DNA from: an uncultured delta proteobacterium
GTDB lineage: Bacteria; Myxococcota_A; Polyangia; Haliangiales; Haliangiaceae
Length of the DNA: 64,000 nt
NCBI GenBank assembly: GCA_963764695.1
Contig: CAVXTW010000015.1
Coordinates: 413,845 to 477,844, forward strand
Reading direction: 5' to 3'
The position numbers and the translations under genes are program-made. The notes under the pieces were generated by a model that was not told the origin of the DNA, did no database searches, and saw only the letters and a list, made by a program, of their open reading frames with translations. Below, one piece after another: positions 12,344-24,571 of this stretch (positions within the stretch are counted from its first letter, which is position 1; every line of letters begins with the position of its first letter).

Positions 12344-14427
12344 TAGCAGTCGTCGTCGTACGTGTGCTGGTGGTCCTTTCCGATGCTGAACCACCATGTG
12401 ACGTCGCCGTTCAGGTTGTAGCGATAGCTCAGCTCGCCGACCGCGTTCTTTGTCGGGGCGCCGTCGCTCGCCGCGCGCCGCCAGATCTGCCTGGCCGAGC
12501 AGCGCGGCATCGGGATCGCGCGCTCCTTCTCGCACGACCATCCCTGCACCGGATAGGCAGTCACCGAGTTGCGATCGATCGAGACGTAGAACATGCAGGT
12601 CGGCTTGTGCTCGACGCCCTTCGGCAGATCGGCCGGCCTCCTGGCCTGTGACGGCGACATGAACCGGTACAGCACCGAGAACCCCTCGTCGAGCGTCAGG
12701 TCGGCCTTGCCCGACGGATACACGCCGTCGGCATCGATGCGCACCAGGACGGCGTCGGGAAACTTCCGCTTTGCCCGCGCCAGCGCCTTGGGCAGGTAGC
12801 CGCTCACATCCCACGACGCCGCCCCGACCTGGGCTTCCGGGCGCACCGCTCCGCGCCCGACAGGCGCAGCGGTCCCATCGGTCTCGCCCGGGTTCTCTGC
12901 CCCGGTGTCCGCGACCTCCGCCTCGTCCGCGCCCCCACGGTCCGCCGCCGACCGGGCTGCCTCGCGTGGCGTCGTTCCGCGCTTTCGATCGCGCTTCCCC
13001 GACCTCTGCGCTCCCTTCCCGCCCGCGGCACCGCCACCGCCACCCATCTCTTGCCTCGCGACCGCGTCTGTCTCCTTCGCCTCGGCGCTCGCGACCTCTT
13101 CCGGCACGGTGCCGGCGTCCGGGGCGTTGGCCGCCGACGCCGCCGCATCCTGCGATGCAGAGCCTCCTGCCGGTTGCGCAGAGGAGCGCTCCTGGGTCGC
13201 GGCCTGATCCGGGCTCGCGCCGGGGGCCGAGCTCGCTGCCTGGTCCGGGCTCGCGACCTGCTCCGGGCTCGCGGCCTGCTCCACGCTCGCGGCCGGCTCG
13301 CCCTGCTCGCTTCGCTGCTGGCTGGCCACGATGGCAGCGGTGGCGGCCCCGGCGAGGACCAGCCCGGCCACCACCAGCAGCGCCGTGCGCGACCGGCGGG
13401 GCTGACCCGGCCATCGATGGTCGGGTGTCCGCGCCGCGGTCGGCGGCACGACGACCAGATCGGAGCGCGACGGCGCGCCCACCGCGGCCCATGCACCCGG
13501 TGGCAGCCCGCCGGTCGCCTCGTTCAGCGCGCGGGCCAGCTCGTCGGCCGACTGCCAGCGCCGGGCCGGATCCTTGGCCATCGCCCGCACGATGACCCGC
13601 TCGTACGCGGGCGGCATGTCCGGCGCGAACCGGCGCGGCGGCGGCGGCTCCTCCTCCACCTGCTTGCGCAGGATCTCGAACACCGACTCGCCGTCGAGCG
13701 GCCGATGCCCGGTCGCCGCCTCGTACAGGATCACGCCGACGGCGTAGATGTCCGCGCGCGCGTCGGTGGGCAGCGACTGCGCCTGCTCCGGGGACATGTA
13801 ATGAGGCGTGCCGAGGAGCGACCCTGCTCGCGTCCGGCTGATCCCGTCGCGCTGCTCCGACGCCAGCTTGGCGACACCGAAGTCGAGGATCTTGGCGCGG
13901 CCATGGCGGGTGATGAAGATGTTGTCGGGCTTGAGATCGCGGTGCACCACGCTCTTGGCGTGCGCCGCGCCCAGCCCGGCCAGCACCTCGAGCGTCCAGC
14001 GAGCCAGCGTCCCGAGAGGTATCTGGCCAAGCTGCGACAGCAGTCCCGCCAGCGGCGAGCCGTCGAGAAACTCCATCACGATGTACGGCCGACCGTCGGC
14101 CAGGCGGGCGAGGTCGAGGACATTGACGATGTTCTCGTGCCGGATGAGGTTGACCGCCCGCGCCTCGGCGAAGAAGCGCTCCACCAGATCCGGTTGATCC
14201 GCGCAGTCGTGCGAGAGCACCTTGATCGCAACGCGGCTGCGGATGGTCGGATTGATACCCTTGTAGACGCGCCCCATCCCGCCCACGCCGACCACGTTCG
14301 CGACCCGGTACGGCCCGAGCATGGCGCCGAGCAGCGGGTCGCCCGAGCCGGACAGCAGCGCGGCTCCATCCTGAGTGCAGAAGCCGCCCTGCTGGAACGT
14401 CTGGCCGCACTCCGGGCATACGTTCAT
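12343..14427 (-). CDS. Ser/Thr protein kinase with N-terminal zinc ribbon, TM helix and C-terminal extracytoplasmic domain
   Basis: MNVCPECGQTFQQGGFC; kinase motifs [32 protein letters not shown], and SPEQ in the activation segment. Confidence 0.85.
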   Translation of the reverse strand: MNVCPECGQTFQQGGFCTQDGAALLSGSGDPLLGAMLGPYRVANVVGVGGMGRVYKGINPTIRSRVAIKVLSHDCADQPDLVERFFAEARAVNLIRHENIVNVLDLARLADGRPYIVMEFLDGSPLAGLLSQLGQIPLGTLARWTLEVLAGLGAAHAKSVVHRDLKPDNIFITRHGRAKILDFGVAKLASEQRDGISRTRAGSLLGTPHYMSPEQAQSLPTDARADIYAVGVILYEAATGHRPLDGESVFEILRKQVEEEPPPPRRFAPDMPPAYERVIVRAMAKDPARRWQSADELARALNEATGGLPPGAWAAVGAPSRSDLVVVPPTAARTPDHRWPGQPRRSRTALLVVAGLVLAGAATAAIVASQQRSEQGEPAASVEQAASPEQVASPDQAASSAPGASPDQAATQERSSAQPAGGSASQDAAASAANAPDAGTVPEEVASAEAKETDAVARQEMGGGGGAAGGKGAQRSGKRDRKRGTTPREAARSAADRGGADEAEVADTGAENPGETDGTAAPVGRGAVRPEAQVGAASWDVSGYLPKALARAKRKFPDAVLVRIDADGVYPSGKADLTLDEGFSVLYRFMSPSQARRPADLPKGVEHKPTCMFYVSIDRNSVTAYPVQGWSCEKERAIPMPRCSARQIWRRAASDGAPTKNAVGELSYRYNLNGDVTWWFSIGKDHQHTYDDDC

Positions 14428-14684
14428 GGCTGGTCAAGATAACACCAGCTCCGCAGTTCATCGGTCGAACCTGGGCCACAGTGCGCGGGGCCGAGCAAGG
14501 GCCATGCCGCGCCTCACCACTCGTGCTCGAGCGAGCAAGAACGCCCACCTGCGCGACGACGCGATGGAGCTGGGCGTCCGGTCGCTCGGACATTGCGTCC
14601 GAGCTTCGGACAAGATGTCCGGCGAGCCGGACGAGCCGACGCGCTATCGGGTCGAAACGATGGCGGGACGGCCTGGCGCGCGGG

Positions 14685-15386
14685 TTGCTTTGCTTCCTGC
14701 GCGTGACCCCTGCGTACGAACGACCGCGCGAGCGTCTGTTTCAGCACGGCGGCGATCCACTCACCAGCGAGGAGCTCATCGCGCTGGTCCTGGGCACCGG
14801 CTCGCGCGGCAAGTCGGCCGTCGAGGTGGCCCGCTCACTACTACAAGAAGCGGGCGGCCTGGTGGATCTCTCGCGGGCCAATGCGCGCGAGCTGGCCCAG
14901 GTGCGCGGCATCGGCGACGCGCGGGCGGCGCGCCTGGTGGCGGCGTTTCAGCTGGGCCGGCGCGCGCTCACCTTTCCGTGCGAGAGAGCGGTGCTGAATG
15001 AACCGGCCGACGTGTACCGGCACCTGCGGCCGCGCCTGCAGGGAATGACACAGGAGGTGTTTCTGGTCCTGGCGCTCGATGCGCGCAACGGCCTGGTGGG
15101 CGAGATCGAGGTGGCGCGCGGAACCCTGACCGGCGTCGAGGTCCATCCGCGCGAAGTGTTCCGGCCGCTCGTGCGTCAGGCGGCGGCCGCTGCCATCGTC
15201 GCGCACAACCATCCGTCGGGCGACTCGCAGCCGAGCCCCGACGACATCGCGCTGACGCGTCGGCTGCAGCTGGCCGGCGAGCTCCTCGGCATCCCGATCC
15301 TCGATCACATCGTCATGGGCCGCGACGACTTCACCTCGGTGGCGGAGGCGGTCGGCGCCGAATGCGAGGGGGAAGAGCGTTCGTGA
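14685..15386 (+). CDS. radC: RadC-family JAB/MPN domain protein (UPF0758)
   Basis: RPRERLFQHGGDPLTSEELIALVLGTG...HNHPSGDSQPSPDDIALTRRL (JAMM motif). The only in-frame starts are TTG at 14685 or GTG at 14703; the longer listed ORF upstream is low-complexity. Confidence 0.8.
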   Translation: MLCFLRVTPAYERPRERLFQHGGDPLTSEELIALVLGTGSRGKSAVEVARSLLQEAGGLVDLSRANARELAQVRGIGDARAARLVAAFQLGRRALTFPCERAVLNEPADVYRHLRPRLQGMTQEVFLVLALDARNGLVGEIEVARGTLTGVEVHPREVFRPLVRQAAAAAIVAHNHPSGDSQPSPDDIALTRRLQLAGELLGIPILDHIVMGRDDFTSVAEAVGAECEGEERS

Positions 15387-15451
15387 ATGTGATCGAAGAC
15401 TGCCGCGACCTTCCTTGCCGCTCGGTGACCGCCGTCGCTAGAATTGCACGC

Positions 15452-16354
15452 ATGCCGACAAAGCTGTCGAGGGTCGCGCTCGGCGCGACGCTTGTCCTTC
15501 TCTCCTCGACGGCGGTCGCGGAAGCCAGCTCGCTGAACGACTACTTCGGGCCGCGCGAGATCGCGGTGGGCGAGACCTCGCGCGCCAACGCCCAGGGAGC
15601 CATGGCCACGACCCTGAACCCGGCCGGCCTGGCTCTGACGCGGCAGCTGGTGTTCGAGGGCTCGTACGGCTACCGGCCCGAGGACAGCGCGTCAACCGTG
15701 GCGGCGTCGGCGTGCGACTCGACCGTGCCGGTGCCCGGGTGCTTCTACTACCACTACTTCACCGCGGCGCCCGAGGTCGCGGACATGGAGTACAGCCGGC
15801 GAGTCCACGAGTTCGGCCTGGCGGCGGCGCGGGCGATCACCAACCGCATCGCCTTCGGCCTGAACTGGCGGTACTTCGACTACGAGTCGAACCTCGACGG
15901 CGAAGAGGACGCGAACGGCTTCGCCATGGACGCGGGCCTGACCTTGCAGCTCAGCGAGGCGATCCAGGTCGCGGTGGTGGGCTACAACCTGATCGCCGAG
16001 GACTCGACCCAGTACCCGATGGGGATCGGGGCGGGGCTCGCGCTGCGGCCGGTGTCGTCGCTCAGCATCGGCGCCGACGGCGTGTGGAACCTGGATGCGC
16101 CGGAGGGCGCGGGGACCGGGCGATACGGTGGCGGCCTGGAGTACTTCTTCCAGGGCGGCGATCGCCAGAGCGGGTATCCGGTGCGGCTGGGCACCGTCTA
16201 CGACAACGAGCTCGACTCGACCTACATCACCGGCGGGCTCGGCCTGACCACGATGAAGATCGGGATCGACGTCGGCGCTCGCAAGCAGGTCGATGGAGGG
16301 GACGAGCTCATCGTGCTGGGCAGCCTGCGGCTGTTCGGACCGCACCTTCCCTGA
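15452..16354 (+). CDS. Secreted protein, probable outer-membrane beta-barrel
   Basis: MPTKLSRVALGATLVLLSSTAVAEA signal peptide, then alternating hydrophobic/Gly-rich strands with YGYRPE... and a C-terminal LGSLRLF. Confidence 0.5.
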   Translation: MPTKLSRVALGATLVLLSSTAVAEASSLNDYFGPREIAVGETSRANAQGAMATTLNPAGLALTRQLVFEGSYGYRPEDSASTVAASACDSTVPVPGCFYYHYFTAAPEVADMEYSRRVHEFGLAAARAITNRIAFGLNWRYFDYESNLDGEEDANGFAMDAGLTLQLSEAIQVAVVGYNLIAEDSTQYPMGIGAGLALRPVSSLSIGADGVWNLDAPEGAGTGRYGGGLEYFFQGGDRQSGYPVRLGTVYDNELDSTYITGGLGLTTMKIGIDVGARKQVDGGDELIVLGSLRLFGPHLP

Positions 16355-16384
16355 TTCATAGCGCGCGCGTAGAGTTGCGCTCGC

Positions 16385-16960
16385 ATGTCGCTCCGGGAAG
16401 GCCGGCTGGTCCGCAGGCTCAAGGACCGCGATGAGAAGGCCTTCCGCGAGATGGTGGAGGAGTACCGCGACAGGGTGTTCAGCCTGACCTACCGGATGCT
16501 CGGCAACCGCGAGGAGGCTGAAGATCTGGCCCAGGAGGTGTTCATCACGATCTTCAAGTCGATTGACTCGTTTCGCGGAGACTCCAAGTTCTCTACCTGG
16601 CTGTATCGAGTAACGGCCAATCACTGCAAGAACCGGATCAAGTACCTCGCGCGGCGCCACGATCGCGATCGCGCGGAGCTGACCGAGCGCGTCGAGGGAG
16701 GCGACGGGGCCTCGCTGGCGACGCGGCGGCCGTCGGCGCGGCCGGACGCTCAGCTCGAGGGTGCGCAGATGGAGCAGATCCTCCAGCACGCGATCGCCGA
16801 GCTCGACGAAGAGCAGAGGATTCTCGTGATCTTGCGGGACGTCGAGGATCTCTCGTACGAGGAGATCTGCGCCATCACGGAGCTGCCCGACGGCACGGTC
16901 AAGTCGCGGCTGCACCGGGCGCGTATGGCGCTGCGCAAGAAACTGCTGAAGCATATGTGA
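16385..16960 (+). CDS. ECF-type RNA polymerase sigma-70 factor
   Basis: Region 2 (DLAQEVFITIFKSIDSF...STWLYRVTANHC) and region 4 (DVEDLSYEEICAITELPDGTVKSRLHRAR). Confidence 0.85.
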   Translation: MSLREGRLVRRLKDRDEKAFREMVEEYRDRVFSLTYRMLGNREEAEDLAQEVFITIFKSIDSFRGDSKFSTWLYRVTANHCKNRIKYLARRHDRDRAELTERVEGGDGASLATRRPSARPDAQLEGAQMEQILQHAIAELDEEQRILVILRDVEDLSYEEICAITELPDGTVKSRLHRARMALRKKLLKHM

Positions 16961-16970
16961 AGGGCGTCGA

Positions 16971-17411
16971 ATGAGCAGTGCACCTCCCACACCCGGCCAC
17001 GACGAATACGAGGCGCGGCTGTCCGATCTGGTCAACGGCAGCTTGGCGCCCGAGGAGCAGAAGGCGCTCGAGCAGCACATCGAGGGCTGCGCCGCGTGCA
17101 AGGAAGACCTGGCCGAGCTGCGCAAGACGATGAGCGCGCTCTCGGGACTCAATCGCATTCCCGCGCCGCAGAACTTCGACCAGGAGGTCGCCGACGCGAT
17201 CCGTCGGCGTTCGCAGGGTCGCTTCTTCGGGCGCAGGACTCTCGGCGATCGCGTGCCTTTCGAGCTGCTGGCGCTGCTCGCGCTTGTGCTGGGGCTGGCC
17301 CTGTACTTTTTCCTGCGCGGGTCGGATACTGGTTCACTCAGGCCGTTCGATCGTGAGCCGGAGGCGCCGGCGATTCACGAGGACGCCCCCAACGTGGTGC
17401 CGAGGCCATGA
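16971..17411 (+). CDS. Anti-sigma factor (zinc-binding ZAS type) with C-terminal TM helix
   Basis: HIEGCAACKEDL (HxxxCxxC), TM helix LLALLALVLGLALYFF. The stop overlaps the bcp start (ATGA). Confidence 0.7.
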   Translation: MSSAPPTPGHDEYEARLSDLVNGSLAPEEQKALEQHIEGCAACKEDLAELRKTMSALSGLNRIPAPQNFDQEVADAIRRRSQGRFFGRRTLGDRVPFELLALLALVLGLALYFFLRGSDTGSLRPFDREPEAPAIHEDAPNVVPRP

Positions 17412-18022
17412 GCACGCTCACCGACCGAGTTCGCCGTTCGCTCGCCCCGGTCTGCTGCGCCGCCGCCTGCGCCACGCTGGCCGCGCTGGGAGGATGCCGC
17501 GACGAGGCCGAGAGCAAGCCGGCCGCGCCGCGGGCGGTGGCCGCCGAGGAGACACCGGTCGAGGGCAAGCTGCTTCCGGTCGGCACCGAGGCGCCCGACT
17601 TCGAGAGCGTGGCCCACGACGGGACGCGCGTGCACCTCAAGCAGATGCGCGGCAATCCGGTCGTCCTCTACTTCTATCCCAAGGACGAGACGCCCGGCTG
17701 CACGGCCGAGGCGGAGGCCTTCCGCGACGACTCGAGCGACCTCCAGCAGCTGGGCGCCCGCGTGCTCGGCGTGTCGCTCGACACCATCGAGTCACATCGC
17801 CAGTTCGCCGAGGGCCACGAGCTCAACTTCCCGCTCATCGCCGACGCCGGCGGCGTCATCGCCGGCAAGTACGGCGTGTCGACGCGCAGCGGCTTCGCCG
17901 AGCGCGTCACCTTCATCATCGGCTCCGACGGCAAGATCGCCCGCGTGTTCCCCGAGGTCCGCGTCAGCGGCCACTCGGACGAAGTCCTGTTCGCCCTGCG
18001 CGAAGTCGGCAAGGCGAAGTAG
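17408..18022 (+). CDS. bcp: Thiol peroxidase Bcp (AhpC/TSA peroxiredoxin) with lipoprotein-like signal
   Basis: [41 protein letters not shown] is the Bcp signature; [10 protein letters not shown] is signal/lipobox-like. Confidence 0.85.
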   Translation: MSTLTDRVRRSLAPVCCAAACATLAALGGCRDEAESKPAAPRAVAAEETPVEGKLLPVGTEAPDFESVAHDGTRVHLKQMRGNPVVLYFYPKDETPGCTAEAEAFRDDSSDLQQLGARVLGVSLDTIESHRQFAEGHELNFPLIADAGGVIAGKYGVSTRSGFAERVTFIIGSDGKIARVFPEVRVSGHSDEVLFALREVGKAK

Positions 18023-19153
18023 GGCCAGCGCCGCCGCTGTTCTCGCCTCGCGAAGCCGCTGCGGTAAGCCGTTCGCCTTCTCGAAGTCGGCCATGAACGC
18101 GACGAGGGCGTCGCAGCCGGCCGGCGGGAAGGCGTTGTAGATGCTGGCGCGCATGCCGCCGACGGAACGGTGGCCCTTGAGGCCGGAGAAGCCGCGCTTC
18201 TTCGACTCGGCGATGAACTTGTCCTCCAGCTCCGGGGTGGTGGCGCGGAAGCAGATGTTCATGCGCGAGCGGCTGTCGCGGCTGGCGGTGGCGCGGAACA
18301 GCGTGCTTCCGTCCAGGTAGTCGTAGATGACCTTGGCCTTGGCGCGGTTGCGCTGCTCCATGGCCGAGAGGCCCCCGTTCTGCTTGATCCAGTCGAGCAC
18401 CTCGGCGACGACGTAGATGGCGAAGGTGGGCGGCGTGTTGTAGAGCGACTTCTCCTTCGCGTGGGTGCGGTACTGGAGCATGGTCGGGATCGACGACGAC
18501 GCGCGCTCGACCAGGTCCTTTCGCATGATGATCAGGGTGACGCCCGACGGGCCCAGGTTCTTCTGCGCGCCCGCGTAGATCATGCCGTACTTGCCGATGT
18601 CGAGCGGCCGGCTGAAGATGTCGCTGGAGGCGTCGCACACCAGCGGGACGTTGGCCGGCGGCACCGGCTCGGTCGTCCACTGGGTTCCGAAGATCGTGTT
18701 GTTGCTGGTGTAGTGCGCGTAGACCGGACGCTCGGACCACTTGATGGCGTCCTGGGCCGGGATGTAGCTGAAGTTCTGGTCCTCGCTGGTCGCCGACACG
18801 TGGACCTTGCCGAACTGCTTGGCCTCCTTCACCGCCTTCTGCGACCAGACGCCGGTCATCACGTAGTCGGCGGTCGCGTCGGAGGCGAGCAGGTTCATCG
18901 GCACCATGAAGAACTGCGTCGAACGCGCCACCCTGCAGGAAGAGCACGTCGTAGTCCGACGGCACGCCGGCCAGCTCGCGCAGGAGCGACTCGGCCTTCT
19001 CGATGACCGCCATGAACGGCTTGTCGCGATGGCTGTGCTCCATGACGCCGATGCCGGAACCGTTCAGGTTCCACATGGCCTCCTGGCTCTTGCGGATGAC
19101 TTCCTCGGGCAACACGGCCGGTCCGGCCGACAGGTTGTAGATACGCTCGCTCA
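17792..19153 (-). pseudogene. serC: Phosphoserine aminotransferase SerC, reading frame interrupted by an apparent 1-nt insertion near 18922 (assembly error or pseudogene)
   Basis: The N-terminal half reads (GTG at 19153, SD GGAGAG) [18 protein letters not shown]...VLFLQGGA. Then the frame changes. The other frame continues [24 protein letters not shown]...[16 protein letters not shown]. These match E. coli SerC either side of the junction. The C-terminal frame also runs ~85 codons past the usual SerC end, antisense to bcp. Confidence 0.6.
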
Positions 19154-19194
19154 CGGTCTCTCCTCGCGCCCGCGCCGGCGGGCGGCCACGACGT

Positions 19195-20406
19195 TCACGA
19201 TCCGATGCTGGCCAGGTCGACGCCCAGGATCTCGTCGCACGACGCACGAATGCGCTCGAGGTCGTCCGACGACGGCGAGGTGTCGAGCTGGATCCGGGCG
19301 GAGGCGGCCTCGGCCCCCTCGTAGATGACGTTCTCCATCTCCTCGACGTTGATGCTGGCCTCGCTCAGCACCTGGAAGACGTGGGCCAGCACGCCCGGCC
19401 GGTTGCGATGCCGCACCGTCAGCAAGCAGGTCGCCGGGCTCTTGAGCGCCCGGTTGACGCAGTGAAGCGCCACGCCGGTGGCCCGGAACTGCTCGATGAT
19501 GCGCACCGCCTCGAGGGCGATGGCGGTCTGCGCCTGGTCGGTCAACGCGCCGATGTGATGCGTCCCGTACACGCGCGGATGAGCCGCGAGCCTGCTCACC
19601 CACTCGCCGGTCCCCGCCTTGGGCTCGCCCTCGTAGACATCGAGACCTGCCCGCAGGCCCCTGTTCTCGAGGCCCCACAGGAGCGCCTCCTCTTCGACAA
19701 CCGAGCCGCGCGACGTGTTGACCAGGATGGCGCCCTGCTTCATCGCCTCGATGAAGGGCCGTCCCACCAGGCGCCGCGTGTCGGCGGTGGCCGCCACGTG
19801 CACGCTCACCACGTCGGCGCGCGCCGCCAGATCCAGCGGCGTGGCCATCGCCTCGACGTCGAGCTCGGCGGCCCGCTCCGCGGTCAGGCTGCGCGACCAC
19901 GCGACCACCGGCATCCCGAAGCCGCGCGCCCGCTCGATGACGGCGAGCGCGATCGACCCGAGGCCGAGCACGCCCAGCGTGCCGCCGTACAGGCCGCTCG
20001 CCGCGCTGTACTCCTTCTTGTTCCACCGGCCGGCGCGCAGCTCCGCGGTCTGGTCGGGGATGCGGCGGTCGCAGGCCAGGATGAGCCCCCAGGCCAGCTC
20101 GGCCACCGCAATCGCATTCTTGCCCGGGCAGTTGGCGACGTAGATGCCGTCGGCCGATGCTGCCTTGACGTCGATGCTGTCGTAGCCGGCCCCGGCGCGC
20201 ACCACCAGCTTGAGCCGCCGACCCGCCTCGAACACCGGCGCCGCGACCTGCGTGCCCCGCACGACAAGGACGTCGTGCTCACCGGCGGCGACGGCGGCCG
20301 CGATGTTGTCGGCGCCCAGGCCCGGCTGATAGTCGAGGTCGAACCCTTGCTCGCGCAGACGCGTGAGGCCCACGTCCTCGAACTTGTCCGCGATCAGAAC
20401 CTTCAT
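19195..20406 (-). CDS. serA: D-3-phosphoglycerate dehydrogenase with C-terminal ACT domain
   Basis: MKVLIADKF...[20 protein letters not shown]...GLGSIA (NAD binding)...VSVHVA...HIGALT, with a C-terminal regulatory domain. The start is the internal ATG at 20406. Confidence 0.85.
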   Translation of the reverse strand: MKVLIADKFEDVGLTRLREQGFDLDYQPGLGADNIAAAVAAGEHDVLVVRGTQVAAPVFEAGRRLKLVVRAGAGYDSIDVKAASADGIYVANCPGKNAIAVAELAWGLILACDRRIPDQTAELRAGRWNKKEYSAASGLYGGTLGVLGLGSIALAVIERARGFGMPVVAWSRSLTAERAAELDVEAMATPLDLAARADVVSVHVAATADTRRLVGRPFIEAMKQGAILVNTSRGSVVEEEALLWGLENRGLRAGLDVYEGEPKAGTGEWVSRLAAHPRVYGTHHIGALTDQAQTAIALEAVRIIEQFRATGVALHCVNRALKSPATCLLTVRHRNRPGVLAHVFQVLSEASINVEEMENVIYEGAEAASARIQLDTSPSSDDLERIRASCDEILGVDLASIGS

Positions 20407-20446
20407 GACCGGCCACGGCCACGCCGCGCGTGCGGCGCCGGCCGCG

Positions 20447-20695
20447 CTACTTGCGCTCCCAGAAGAAGACGGTGATTGCCAGACAGTGGAACGCCTCGTC
20501 ACTCGACTGCGTCACCACCATGTCGCGAACGTCGAACTGGGGGTTGTTGCGCAACCAATCGGTGATCTTCTCGCCCAGTCTCTCGCGGTCGGCCACCATC
20601 GTCGCCGAGAACACCTTCACGCCGTTGAAGTTCCGGTCGTCGCCGAAAGACGTTATCCCGGTACTCACATTCGAACGCATGACGAAATCGGTCAT
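20447..20695 (-). CDS. Small hypothetical protein (82 aa) between the leuA-like gene and serA
   Basis: High GC3 in the minus frame (MTDFVMRSNVSTGITSFGDDRNFNGVKVF...); the mirror plus-frame ORF has poor codon usage. Confidence 0.45.
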   Translation of the reverse strand: MTDFVMRSNVSTGITSFGDDRNFNGVKVFSATMVADRERLGEKITDWLRNNPQFDVRDMVVTQSSDEAFHCLAITVFFWERK

Positions 20696-20707
20696 CCTCT
20701 CTTCTCT

Positions 20708-22021
<1,314 letters not shown>

Positions 22022-22149
22022 ATCGAACGCTTAGCACGTCTAGCAGAAGGGTTCACCTCCCGCCTTCGCAGGTTCAGCGCGCTCTGTCTTTCCGCGACCC
22101 TCGGCGCGGCGGGCGCGACCGCACCCGGCGCGGGCCGGCGACGGTTCTT

Positions 22150-22500
22150 CTAGAAAGCCTCGGACATGATGTAGATGATGACCAGCGTCACCGCAGCGAC
22201 GATGGAGAGCACAAGCACCCACCCGAGGGCCAGCGCCGCGCTCGCCAGGGCCACGCCCGCGACCGGCAGGCCGTAACTGCCCTCCCGCCGGACGAAGCTG
22301 ACGACGGCCGCGGCCGCCGCCGCGGTCCAGAATGGGACGGTCACCCGCCAGTCCGGCACCTCCTGAAACAGCGCGTCGCGGCGAATCACGAGGACCGCGG
22401 CGATCGCGACGGAGATGATCCCGAGCGCGATGCAGACGAGACCGGCCAGGTGGCGCGTCGGCCACGCTCGCCGCGACGGAGTGGCTGGCTCCAGCTTCAC
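22150..22500 (-). CDS. Small integral membrane protein (3 predicted TM helices)
   Basis: Hydrophobic segments LAGLVCIALGIISVAIAAVLVI, WTAAAAAAVVSFV and LASAALALGWVLVLSIVAAVTLVIIYI. Confidence 0.4.
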   Translation of the reverse strand: MKLEPATPSRRAWPTRHLAGLVCIALGIISVAIAAVLVIRRDALFQEVPDWRVTVPFWTAAAAAAVVSFVRREGSYGLPVAGVALASAALALGWVLVLSIVAAVTLVIIYIMSEAF

Positions 22501-22530
22501 GATGGTCAGTATAGCGCGCCGCCGACGGAA

Positions 22531-23549
<1,019 letters not shown>

Positions 23550-23553
<4 letters not shown>

Positions 23554-24536
23554 GCCCGCGCCTCGACCGGGAAGTGACAGCGGACCAGGCTCGGCCCCAG
23601 CGCGGCCAGCTCCGGCTCCTCCTGGCGGCAGCGCTCCTGCACCGCCGGGCAGCGGTCCTGGAACGCACAGCCGCGCGGCAGCTCGTGCAGGCTCGGCACC
23701 ATCCCGCGGATCTCTTGCAGTCGCGCGCGCGGTCCGCCCTCGCGGTAGCTGGGCACCGAGCGCAACAAACCCACCGTGTAGTGGTGGCGCGGCGAGGCGA
23801 ACAGGTCGGCGGTGAGCGCCCGCTCGACCACGCGGCCGGCGTACATCACGACGACCTCCTCGCAGCTGTCAGCGACCACGCCCAGGTCGTGGGTGATGAG
23901 CATGATGCTCATGCCGAGCTCGGCCTGCAGGCGCCGCAGGAGATCCAGGATCTGGGCCTGGATGGTCACGTCGAGCGCGGTGGTGGGCTCGTCGGCGATG
24001 AGCAGGTCCGGGCGACAGGCCAGCGCCATGGCGATCATGACGCGCTGGCGCATGCCACCCGACAGCTGGTGCGGATAGCTCCTGAGCCGCTCGGCCGGCG
24101 ACGGAATGCCGACCAGCCGCAGCATCTCGACCGCCACCTCGCGCGCCTGCGACCGGCTCTTTTTCTGGTGCAGCCGCACCGCCTCGGCCACCTGCTCGCC
24201 GGCGGTGAGCACCGGGTTGAGCGACGTCATCGGCTCCTGGAAGATCATCGAGATCTTGTGGCCGCGGATGTCTCGCATGTCCGGCTCGGCCAGCTCGAGC
24301 AGGTCGCGCCCGCGATACCGGATGCGACCGGCCGCGATGCGCCCCGGCGGATCCGGCACCAGGCGCAGGATGCTGAGCGCGGTGACCGACTTGCCGCAGC
24401 CGGACTCGCCGACCACGCCGAGGGTCACGCCCGCGCCGATCTCGAACGAGACCCGGTCGACCGCCCGCACCGTGCCGTGCTCGGTGCGGAACTCGGTGAC
24501 CAGGTCCTGCACCTCGAGCAGCCGCTCCCCGCCCAT
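23550..24536 (-). CDS. oppD: Oligopeptide/dipeptide ABC transporter ATP-binding protein (OppD/DppD type)
   Basis: [41 protein letters not shown]. 4-nt overlap with oppF. The start is the internal Met (MGGERLLEV). Confidence 0.85.
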
Positions 24537-24571
24537 CGGGCGCGACGATAGCACGCGACCGACGGGCGACC

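Noticed and set aside
12113-14593. 826-aa minus ORF overlapping the Ser/Thr kinase
   Set aside because: It is in an alternative frame to the kinase, has an Arg/Gly/Ala-rich composition and no motifs. The kinase frame (12343..14427) carries all catalytic motifs.
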